Shown here piece by piece: positions 17,901-25,178 of a DNA stretch of 28,760 bases (positions are counted from its first letter, which is position 1; each line of letters begins with the position of its first letter). Under the pieces are notes generated by a model. It was given only the letters and a program-made list of their open reading frames with translations. It ran no database searches and was not told the DNA's origin. This stretch comes from Candidatus Micrarchaeota archaeon. GTDB taxonomy: Archaea; Micrarchaeota; Micrarchaeia; Norongarragalinales; SBBD01. The translations under genes were made by a program, and so were the position numbers. The stretch lies in contig JAZDGU010000040.1 of the NCBI GenBank assembly GCA_043806595.1, positions 1 to 28,760 on the forward strand, read 5' to 3'.

Positions 17901-19271
17901 GACGGAAACGTAATGGCCGGCTGGCCTAAATTGATTCCGGACTTCCCGGTTATTTGGTATGGCACGATCAATCCCGTTCCGGTATTGGCGTTGCTCAATG
18001 ACGCACAGGGCCCGCGGATATTGCTATCCTCCGTCTACCATAACGGCGACTTCTATTCTATTACGAGCACATGGGATAGGGAAGGCAACCTGCTGCCTGG
18101 ATGGCCAATTCAGACTTCCTCCATGACGGGAAACATAGCCGTCGGAAATCTGGGTAACTCGGGCGATGCGGAGATCGTCGTATCCGAGCACGGGCTTTCG
18201 GTGTATTCTCCAGAGGGAATAATTGAGTCCGGCTGGCCGCAGCTGCAGGAACTGACATTGTCAGCCGAATCAACGATGGGCGACGCGAACGGCGACGGCA
18301 TCCCGGAAATTGCGGCAAGCGCATGGGTTCCTGGAGAGGGTTATTTCGCGTACTTGTTCTCGAACTCGGGGGTGCTTCTTCCCGGGTGGCCGCAGAGGGT
18401 CGGATGGTACGTATATGACTGGTTCGTGTTCTCGGACGTAAACGGCGACGGCCATAACGATGTTTTAGCAACTTCAGGCAATCAGATTCACGCCTGGGAC
18501 TATTCCGGGTCGGTTCTCCCCGGATTTCCAAAAGAATTGAATGAACCCTTTTATTACGCACCGACCCCTCCGCTGTTTTCATCCGAGGCGGTTTCGGGGG
18601 GCCCAGCGAAGATGTTGGCCGATGTATGGGCAAGCAACGGCGTTTCATACATCTACTCGTGGGACATCCTAGGTGATTTCGATGAATACGCCAAGGGATG
18701 GCCAACATTCCAGCACGACAGCCAGCACACCGGCGACTTCTCCTTCAATCAACCACAATCCCCATCGATTTCTAGCGTCCACATGGCAAACGTGGGGCCG
18801 TATTCTGCAGACATTCTTTGGGACACCGACGTTGCATCAAACAGCACAGTAGTCTATAGCTTGAATTGGCAGATGGACCCATTCTCCATAGCCCAAGATT
18901 CGGCGATGGTTACCGATCACGCGATACCGTTGTCTCCACTAACCCCGTCGACTACCTATTACTATTACGTTCGAAGTTGCAACGATGCTGGATGTTCGTC
19001 TGACGGTAATTACTCGTTCCGGACCGCTCCTCGGCCGCCTCTCGGCGGCAGCCCGCTCCTCGTCGCCACCGTCAAACCGATTGTACAGCGCACAACGGAA
19101 GGCGGCGGCCTGAAGGTCGAGGGAGCCGGCCTGTCCGGCTTCGCAAACATGGCCCAACGCAGCTCGGTCACGGTTCTCGTCACCTTCCTCCTGATTTCCG
19201 CGGCATGGTTCTTCTACGACCGGCGCAGGAACACCCGAAGGACACGAATGAAAAACCGCAGGCGGCGCTAG
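14946..19271 (+). CDS. large surface-anchored M4/M36-like zinc metalloprotease with FG-GAP/VCBS propeller and FN3-like domains
   Basis: Signal peptide; FTP/PepSY-like propeptide (YFVDANSGKVL); HEYTH (16299-16313) and GMMEGWSDYF; DLDGDG/DVDGDG/DANGDG Ca loops with repeated GWP motifs; FN3-like LTPSTTYYYYVRS; C-terminal TM plus Arg tail; SD GGGTGAT. Confidence 0.9.
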   Translation: MRSILVIAFAVLFLILSNIVPAEDSSAVMAFKTKHPGWIVTWDESSSRHSMLYGPGLALEGFGVSRASDAAIAFVKSNNDLFYASGELSVENDIIVSSEGNIREIVALGQTYSGIPVFSGYSTFFFSEGLLAFVKNGLYSGIQIGIAPSISSEQAVSAAKSHAISNLFPSRIIQKDPREVDGIAGKPMAPDESERPKGAKPIDASAIRELMKIISESTPPANLVILPYKLKTSLEFRLAYEIRLPLLLGEKPEEWTYFVDANSGKVLYRYDRVRFLNVDGTVIGEYYPNDPAQQRVQGFFGNETVQLDSHSTTTSSLGFYSFTDLPLGTYQLSSELAGRYADVSNAQQPDSLHSAAVGAGTHDWNWPDDDQSYKKEEENAYYHANIVHDFFSSREAPFNLQEMNYVMQVNVNLNSICNAFANGNSINFFMAGEWPGWGFCESTALGRDIIYHEYTHNVQNLVYGNVHLEYWDEQGGMMEGWSDYFAATITDDPVIGENVFPEPIRYVNNSLRYPDDYDPEPHAAAGVFEGALWDMRTAIGQDRSDRTVMLGMQLKPLDFTEALTTILVADDDNGDLTDGTPNIDAICYSFWDRHGLAAAACAGHTQTPIAVISDPEESSVLSGAKSISGIAAGSPSGFQSFSVTYTDENGQFVNDGITLQGGGLNQVLGGNLAEWDTSFTTSRSLKLRLNVTDQVGQESIYDVGIEIKNNFIEVPRQFDRLSSNTPSIDIIGYTDPYNFASYELFYRGPATQFQWRSQEITLRDGGTIPVQHGVIGSLSPALITDRGLYQIKLLVHRTGGRPDDSATIFVTFDPAISSGWPVTYTIPTYPCPSHPETQCYNDLGKQYVVTDDLDGDGNREIVFGATANDPGDYRGYTKIFIYGYDGALRDGWPKILQQGYRVMAPAIGDVDGDGVKEIVFVTDDEVVNYVHAMHADGSEVAGYPLSIPITPYGYAAWVSVSLRDLNGDNADEIGLALSDSVFLFSDGNVMAGWPKLIPDFPVIWYGTINPVPVLALLNDAQGPRILLSSVYHNGDFYSITSTWDREGNLLPGWPIQTSSMTGNIAVGNLGNSGDAEIVVSEHGLSVYSPEGIIESGWPQLQELTLSAESTMGDANGDGIPEIAASAWVPGEGYFAYLFSNSGVLLPGWPQRVGWYVYDWFVFSDVNGDGHNDVLATSGNQIHAWDYSGSVLPGFPKELNEPFYYAPTPPLFSSEAVSGGPAKMLADVWASNGVSYIYSWDILGDFDEYAKGWPTFQHDSQHTGDFSFNQPQSPSISSVHMANVGPYSADILWDTDVASNSTVVYSLNWQMDPFSIAQDSAMVTDHAIPLSPLTPSTTYYYYVRSCNDAGCSSDGNYSFRTAPRPPLGGSPLLVATVKPIVQRTTEGGGLKVEGAGLSGFANMAQRSSVTVLVTFLLISAAWFFYDRRRNTRRTRMKNRRRR

Positions 19272-19297
19272 GCAGACCCTAGCATCTTGCTTGCCGC

Positions 19298-19313
19298 GCT
19301 TCCCCGGGGAAGC
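19298..19313. repeat. perfect 16-bp palindrome GCTTCCCCGGGGAAGC between convergent genes
   Basis: Read directly; its left arm matches the CTTCCCC start of both 116-bp elements. Confidence 0.75.
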
Positions 19314-19516
19314 TACTTCTTCTCCTTCCAGCTGATGGCCTGCACGGGGCAGGTGTCAATCGAGCGCTGGATGTTCTCCTCGGAATCCGCCCCGCCCGCG
19401 ACGACCTTACTCTTGCCCTCGGGCTGCATCTCGTAGACGGCAGGGCAGAGCGCGGAGCATGCGCTGCAGCCGATGCATATCTCGGGGTCGACGTACGGGA
19501 CTTTTTTCTCGGGCAT
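19313..19516 (-). CDS. single-cluster [4Fe-4S]/[3Fe-4S] ferredoxin
   Basis: MPEKKVPYVDPEICIGCSACSALCP...CPVQAISW; start at ATG 19516. Confidence 0.92.
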   Translation of the reverse strand: MPEKKVPYVDPEICIGCSACSALCPAVYEMQPEGKSKVVAGGADSEENIQRSIDTCPVQAISWKEKK

Positions 19517-19590
19517 GCCGCAAACACCATCAATATTTTGAAAGCCAAATTGGCGGAGGAAATGTTTTAACCCTTGTGATACGCGGCAGA

Positions 19591-20319
19591 TCAGCCGAAA
19601 AGCGGGGAGGCGCCAACAGCAGCTCCGATGAGATAACCGAGCACTGCCGCGACGAGGCCTATGCCGGCCATCTCGGCGCCGCTGTAGAGCCACGAGCCCA
19701 CGGTGACCCTCGCCTTGTACGCGCCGACGCCGAACAGCACCGCGCACGTCAGAATCACGGAATACCACATCGCGGACGCAACCGGCAGCAGGAAGAATGG
19801 AATCAGCGGGACAACGGAGCCGACGACCGTGGAGACACCGACGACCGCGGCCTCGCTGGTTGCGGAACGCTCGGGCTTCTCCAGCTTGAGCTCGTCGGAC
19901 ATCATGACGTCGACCCATCGCTCGTCGTCGGAGGTGATGATGCTGACCGCGCGCTCGAGGTCCCTGCCGGAGAAGCCCTTCGCCTTGAAAATCCGGCGGA
20001 TTTCCTCGCGCTCCTCTTCCGGAACCTCCCGTATCTCCTCGAACTCGCGCCTGCGCTCGCCGTCGTAGTAGGCCGACTGGGCCTTGCTGGAGGTGTACGC
20101 CACCGCGGCCATGGAGATGCTCTCCGCGGCAAGCGCGGCGAGTCCGGCGGCGATGACGATTTTCGTCTCGGAAGTCGCGCCGGCGACGCCGAGCACGAGC
20201 CCGAGAACGTTGACGAGGCCGTCCTGGCCGCCTAGGATGAGCTCGCGCATTCTGCTGCCTACGCCGCGGTGCTGCTCGAGGTGCTGCTTGTGCCTTATCC
20301 CCCGGAAGTCGACGCGCAT
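19591..20319 (-). CDS. VIT1/CCC1 family Fe2+/Mn2+ transporter
   Basis: RELILGGQDGLV, AESISMAA..Y.S, EIREVPEEEREEI..I...KG, MMSDEL, PLIPF. Confidence 0.93.
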   Translation of the reverse strand: MRVDFRGIRHKQHLEQHRGVGSRMRELILGGQDGLVNVLGLVLGVAGATSETKIVIAAGLAALAAESISMAAVAYTSSKAQSAYYDGERRREFEEIREVPEEEREEIRRIFKAKGFSGRDLERAVSIITSDDERWVDVMMSDELKLEKPERSATSEAAVVGVSTVVGSVVPLIPFFLLPVASAMWYSVILTCAVLFGVGAYKARVTVGSWLYSGAEMAGIGLVAAVLGYLIGAAVGASPLFG

Positions 20320-20356
20320 AAATTGAATGTGCGGGCGGCCGGAATTTAAACCGATG

Positions 20357-20983
20357 CTAGACCTTTCTTTCGCGGGCGCGCATTACTCCGAGGCGGGCGA
20401 CCTTCGCGTTGACGAAATCCCAGTCGACGTTCTTCAGGAACGCCTCGATGTAGTTCTTCCTCGCGGTCGCGTAGTCGACGAAGTAGGCGTGCTCGTAGAC
20501 GTCGAGCACGAGTATGGCCGTGCAGTTCCAGACGCCCTGCGAGTGGTAGTCGGCGCTGTAGTTGTGCAAGCGCATGTCGTCCCAGTTGAAGGCGAGCACG
20601 ACCCAGCCTCGGGACGCGACGCCGGCGGCGATGAAGTCCGCCTGCCATTCCTCGACGGAGCCGTAGTCCTCGGTCAGCAGTTTCGCGATGTCCCCCTGCG
20701 GCGCTCCGCCCTTGCCGCCGAGGTTGTCGAAATAGGACTCGTGCAGGGAAATCGCGTTCGTCGCGAAAACCTCCTGCCGCTTGAGCTCCCCGATTTCGCT
20801 GTACGTTGCGTTCGCTGCGGACTTGTCCGCCTTCCTGAGCGCCGGGTCGATCTCATTGAGCTTCTTGACGTAGCCCGCATAGAGCACGCCGTGGTGCTCT
20901 GAAAGCTGCCGTTCGGAAAGACCGTCAAGCGACTTGTACTTCAGCGGCTTGGCCGCATGCTGCGCGTCCCTGTTTTCCCTCAT
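20357..20983 (-). CDS. sod: Fe/Mn superoxide dismutase
   Basis: GLSERQLSEHH..LYAGYV, N.I.LHE.YF.NL, GWVVL, LVLDVYEHAYF.DY, Y+EAF+KN+DW; SD GGAGG. Confidence 0.93.
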   Translation of the reverse strand: MRENRDAQHAAKPLKYKSLDGLSERQLSEHHGVLYAGYVKKLNEIDPALRKADKSAANATYSEIGELKRQEVFATNAISLHESYFDNLGGKGGAPQGDIAKLLTEDYGSVEEWQADFIAAGVASRGWVVLAFNWDDMRLHNYSADYHSQGVWNCTAILVLDVYEHAYFVDYATARKNYIEAFLKNVDWDFVNAKVARLGVMRARERKV

Positions 20984-21140
20984 GATTACCCCTCCAACCA
21001 GCTAACGCAAGCAACTTCGTCTGCAACGGTAAAAAAGGTTTGGTTTAAACCCGGCGGCCCACGGGGTGAGGAACACGGGGAAACCGCACCGCAACCCAAA
21101 AGCATTATAAGCCCCCCCGCGGTAATGCCGTGCGATAGAA

Positions 21141-21461
21141 ATGGACGTCGCGTGCCCGCAGTGCGGCAACCCCAACTTGGACGTCGATGCCGCGAATTCA
21201 GTGGTCTACTGCAAGAAGTGCGGTTTCGCCGTGCACGTCGACCCCCAGACCGGGGATGTGCAGCCGCTCGCGCCCGGGGGCTCGACGCAAGAGGCTCCGG
21301 CCGCATACGCGGAGAGGACCATCCTCGGCATGGACCCCGTGACGTTCCTGCTCGGCGGCACCGCCGCGTTCCTGCTGCTGACGGTCATGAACTACCTGCA
21401 GTTCTCGTGGTTCGTGGTCGCCGAGTCGCTGCTGGTCATCGTCTGGTGGTACCGGCGCTGA
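21141..21461 (+). CDS. TFIIB-type zinc-ribbon protein with two C-terminal TM helices
   Basis: CPQCG...VVYCKKCGF followed by two hydrophobic helices; TATA ATTATAA upstream. Confidence 0.82.
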   Translation: MDVACPQCGNPNLDVDAANSVVYCKKCGFAVHVDPQTGDVQPLAPGGSTQEAPAAYAERTILGMDPVTFLLGGTAAFLLLTVMNYLQFSWFVVAESLLVIVWWYRR

Positions 21462-21488
21462 AAACAAGTGGCAAGGGTTTTTTGCTGG

Positions 21489-24323
21489 TCACTCCTCGAC
21501 GTCGTATGTTGAGACCCAGAACCTCGCATAATGCACGGGAATCGCACCATAAGGCGCGATTGTTTCCTGCCGGTCAGCAATGCCGAGGAATACCGCCTTC
21601 ACGCCTTGGCCGTGGCCCTTGATGGCGCACGTCAATTCCGAATTTTTGAGGACCCCTTTCTCGACACCCCTCACGGTCTGATCGCATTTCTCGTTGCCTT
21701 CGGACCCGAAGACAGTCAGGGTAACCTTCGGAATCAGCGGCGTCCGGTATTCCCTTGCGTCGTAACGGAAGGGAGGCCGGATGGCGACCTCCTTCCCTCC
21801 CGGCGGTATGGAGGAAAAGTCTTCGGATGCGGAGTCTACTAGGGCAACCGTCTCCCCGGAACGCCATGCCTTCAAGGAGTAGGATATCTCGAACCTGGAG
21901 CCCCACTCAGGCTGCAGGGGCTTCAGGTTCTCCTTGTCGGTCAGAAGTGCTATCAGCTGTGCGGCGGACGGGGCCGCAAACCGGCCGACCAGTATGTCGC
22001 GGTAGACTGCATCCTTCCCGGGCCTCTTGACGTATTCCTCGTCGGTCTTTTGCGGGTCGCCGTTGCCCTCGGGCAGCGAGTTGCCGAGGATTACCAACTG
22101 GCGGGTGTTTTCATCCAAGACCTTGTCGAGCAGCAGCAGCCTGCCTTCCGGGGTTAAAGCTAACACCGCGGGGTCCTTGCCTTCCGAGCCGTCGAAGCCG
22201 AAGGGAGCCATATATTTCGATGAGTCAATCTCAAAATACCGGGTGGAGAATTCGTGATTCTTTACGTAAGATCTCAATGCATCCAAGTCTGCGGATTTCC
22301 GGAACGAACTCGTCGACAAGACCAAATTTTCTGCATTGCACGCGGCCTCGACGTAGGGCTTTAATGGCTTGTCCGGGGAGGACTGCTGGGCCACCTCGAG
22401 AAAAGGCAGGGAGCCGCAGGGGCCGAGCGAATCGTAGGAGAGCGTTTGCAAGTAGGCTCCGTCCTCATCCTTGTTCATATCGCCCACAAGCTTCAGGTTG
22501 CCCTCGGGGTCATCGACCTTGACGAGGGGCGCCGGGGAATCCTTGAGGGGCTGCGAGGGAGGACAAATCTTGAATTCCTGCACCGGGCTCTTCGAGTCGA
22601 AGACGACGTTGTTTGCCGTCAGGCCCGAACCGGGATGAACAGAAACCTCGGGCACGAATGCGAGGAAGGATTGACCAAGCGGCGGCCTCGACTCCAAAAT
22701 CGACTCCAAAATATTGAGCTTGGTCTCGGGGTCGAACTCGCCAATCTGGCCGTATCCTTCCGCGAGGCGGCAGAAATTCAGCCGGTAAAGCTTGCCCTTG
22801 TGCGTGAACTCCAAAACCGTTGGGGAATTGAGGCAGACCGCCATCGAGAACTTCTCGTTCCCGGCTGCAGGCACAATTGGGCCCTTCAACTCGTTGTTGT
22901 AATTGTCCAGGAAGACCAGATGTAGTTGCGTTATGGAGACCTTCTGCGAGGTCTGGAATTCTTGCTGGGTACCGAGAAGCACCCTTTCGCCGTCGGCGAT
23001 GGATTTCAGATTCATTTCGACTGTTCGCGCGCCCGCGATGCCGGATGCGCCCTTGCTCGAATACTGATAGTCCACGCGGAACCTCACGAACTTGTCCGGA
23101 ACCGTGAACGGCACTGCGTCGGAAGCCTGCCCATCAGCCTCGGGCTGAAGCCTCTGCGTGCACACGTCTTTCTTCGACGCGAGGGGCGCTGGAGCCGGTA
23201 CCTCCTCGCCCTTCTTCCACAACGTGACATAGTATCCCTTGTCCTTGCTTCGCCCTCCCCAGAAGCGCGCCGGCGCCCCGCCGCGTCGCACTACGCCGCA
23301 CGACTCGTCCTCGAGCTGCACGAAGACGTAGTATTCGCCGGCCCAGAAGGCGTTCTTCTTGCGCTCGGGCACGTTGCACTTCATCTTGAAGTCGAAGAAT
23401 GCGGGGTTGTCGTCCTTGAAGCGCGTGCTCGGGTCGGCGTTGCTGCAGAGGAAAATCCAGTCGCTGCTCGAGATTTGTTCGATGGAGGAGGTGATGCCCT
23501 CGTCCGTGACTGTGGCTTTAGTCTTCACGCCGGAAAAGCGGGGCTTGAGGTAGACCGCGACGTGCTCGCCCTTCATCGCGCCCTTCATCCTGAAGCGGAA
23601 ATACATCGCTTCCTCGGGAAACGGGTTGCCGATTTCGTACGTCGCCCCCTTCTTGTCCTCGTACTCGGAATAGCGCTCGTGCGGCAGCACGTCAACGTTG
23701 ACTATCTGGAACATGGGCTCGAATCCTTGCGAGATTATAGGCCCGGGCTTGCCTTTGCCCACGTCGTCCGCTTCCTCTACAGGAGGGCAGGACGCGTCCC
23801 CAGCTGGCAGGCCGCCCAAATCCGCGAGCTGCGGCTCGCTTGGGGGAACCGGCTCCTCCGGAGCCTGAGGCTCTTGCTTCGTAAAGACAACGAAGTACTT
23901 GCCGTCCAGCACGACTTCGCTGCCTTGGACCGGCGCGCCATTCCGGTCCACGAGGGCCGCAGAAAAGAGGTAGGTGCCGGGGGTAAGCGCCGGCGTTGCG
24001 CACGCGAGCGAGAAGCCCATGGTCATCCCGCCGCCCTTGCCCGCGTTAAGCGGCACGGCGCACAGCTGGGCCTTGAAAGGGCCGTCGAAGGCCTGCAGGT
24101 ATGCGGCAGCCGAGATGCCTGTGAAGTCATCCCCCGCGACGCGCACGTAGAGCGACACACCGGCACGGGTTCCTTCCTCGGCCCTCTCTGGAACCGTCGA
24201 CTGTGCGAGGTCTATGGAGAGAGCTGGAGCGCTCGCGAAATGCAGGGACGAGGCCGAGGCATCGACGACGGGAAGCCGGATTGCCAGCAAGGAGAGGAAT
24301 AGCAGGAAAGAAAGCCGCCGCAT
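21489..24323 (-). CDS. large secreted protein (~944 aa) with tandem Ig-like domains and a partial peptidase C25 (gingipain)-like domain
   Basis: Signal peptide MRRLSFLLFLSLLAIRLP from ATG 24323; LVILGNSLP...TDEEY.....D...DILVGRFAAPS motif. Confidence 0.8.
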   Translation of the reverse strand: MRRLSFLLFLSLLAIRLPVVDASASSLHFASAPALSIDLAQSTVPERAEEGTRAGVSLYVRVAGDDFTGISAAAYLQAFDGPFKAQLCAVPLNAGKGGGMTMGFSLACATPALTPGTYLFSAALVDRNGAPVQGSEVVLDGKYFVVFTKQEPQAPEEPVPPSEPQLADLGGLPAGDASCPPVEEADDVGKGKPGPIISQGFEPMFQIVNVDVLPHERYSEYEDKKGATYEIGNPFPEEAMYFRFRMKGAMKGEHVAVYLKPRFSGVKTKATVTDEGITSSIEQISSSDWIFLCSNADPSTRFKDDNPAFFDFKMKCNVPERKKNAFWAGEYYVFVQLEDESCGVVRRGGAPARFWGGRSKDKGYYVTLWKKGEEVPAPAPLASKKDVCTQRLQPEADGQASDAVPFTVPDKFVRFRVDYQYSSKGASGIAGARTVEMNLKSIADGERVLLGTQQEFQTSQKVSITQLHLVFLDNYNNELKGPIVPAAGNEKFSMAVCLNSPTVLEFTHKGKLYRLNFCRLAEGYGQIGEFDPETKLNILESILESRPPLGQSFLAFVPEVSVHPGSGLTANNVVFDSKSPVQEFKICPPSQPLKDSPAPLVKVDDPEGNLKLVGDMNKDEDGAYLQTLSYDSLGPCGSLPFLEVAQQSSPDKPLKPYVEAACNAENLVLSTSSFRKSADLDALRSYVKNHEFSTRYFEIDSSKYMAPFGFDGSEGKDPAVLALTPEGRLLLLDKVLDENTRQLVILGNSLPEGNGDPQKTDEEYVKRPGKDAVYRDILVGRFAAPSAAQLIALLTDKENLKPLQPEWGSRFEISYSLKAWRSGETVALVDSASEDFSSIPPGGKEVAIRPPFRYDAREYRTPLIPKVTLTVFGSEGNEKCDQTVRGVEKGVLKNSELTCAIKGHGQGVKAVFLGIADRQETIAPYGAIPVHYARFWVSTYDVEE

Positions 24324-24358
24324 GCGCACCACCAGGAATACAACCGCAGGAAAGCAAT

Positions 24359-25114
24359 TTAAGGGTTCGCCAGCAGTCGGAGGACATCCCGGGGAGATTC
24401 TGCGACGGCGGCAAACTTCGGCGCAATTTTTCCGTAGCCCCACGCGGCGAACACGAGCCGGATAGCCGGGTCCGCGGCGCCGACGACCTCGAGGTTGTGC
24501 ACGATGTCGTCGACGAAGAAGTATTCGCCCGCGCCCAACTGGTTTTTCAGGAGCACCGCCTGCTGCCCCTTCACGTGCCTGTCCGCGCGGCTGACTTCCG
24601 TGCCGACGACGGCTTGAAAACATTCCCTCACGCCGTAGTGCGCGAGCCAGCCCTGCACGCTCGCGGAATCCCTCGCGGTCATCACCGCCTGCAGCACTCC
24701 AGACCCGTGCAGTTCCGTGACCGCATCCAAAACGCCCGGGTACGGGCGCAGCATCCGGTAATATTCCCTCCCCAACCGCTTTGCAAGGGATTCGCGTTGG
24801 AGGTAATACTCGCCGTCGAGGAACGCTATCAGGTCGCGGCATTCCGTTCCCGTTTTTTCAAGGTCCGCGGCGCCGACCGAACCGTATTTCCTCCTGGAGA
24901 GGAAGTGCGCGAAGAAGTCCGCGGCGTTGACCGCGTTCGGCCGGTCGCCGGCGAATTCCTCGAGGGGATAAGGCGCAAGGGGGGCCTTGGTTTCGGCCGC
25001 GATGCGGGCGACGTTTTGGGAAATCGTCGCGCGCGTGACCTCGTAGCACTCGCCGAGCGTATCCGCGAGCACGCCGTCGAAATCCCAGAGCACGATTCTC
25101 CCGGCGGCAACCAT
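24359..25114 (-). CDS. HAD-superfamily hydrolase (phosphatase)
   Basis: LWDFDGVLADT (motif I), PYPGV, VMTAR, K, FVDD....L, WGY. Confidence 0.9.
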   Translation of the reverse strand: MVAAGRIVLWDFDGVLADTLGECYEVTRATISQNVARIAAETKAPLAPYPLEEFAGDRPNAVNAADFFAHFLSRRKYGSVGAADLEKTGTECRDLIAFLDGEYYLQRESLAKRLGREYYRMLRPYPGVLDAVTELHGSGVLQAVMTARDSASVQGWLAHYGVRECFQAVVGTEVSRADRHVKGQQAVLLKNQLGAGEYFFVDDIVHNLEVVGAADPAIRLVFAAWGYGKIAPKFAAVAESPRDVLRLLANP

Positions 25115-25143
25115 ATGGATCGACTTCCCTTCCCTCCGCGACC

Positions 25144-25152
25144 TTTTTATAT
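25144..25152. promoter_or_regulatory. bidirectional TATA box (TTTTTATAT)
   Basis: About 26-29 nt from divergent ATGs at 25114(-) and 25179(+). Confidence 0.6.
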
Positions 25153-25178
25153 GCGGAACCTCTCCCTTTTTCAAGATT

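Noticed and set aside
19517..19918. 201-aa ORF suggesting a long N-terminal extension on the ferredoxin
   Set aside because: The extension overlaps VIT1 out of frame; ATG 19516 has its own GGTG SD-like signal.
24324..24842. N-terminal extension of the 1117-aa ORF
   Set aside because: It overlaps the HAD gene in another frame; the signal peptide begins at ATG 24323.
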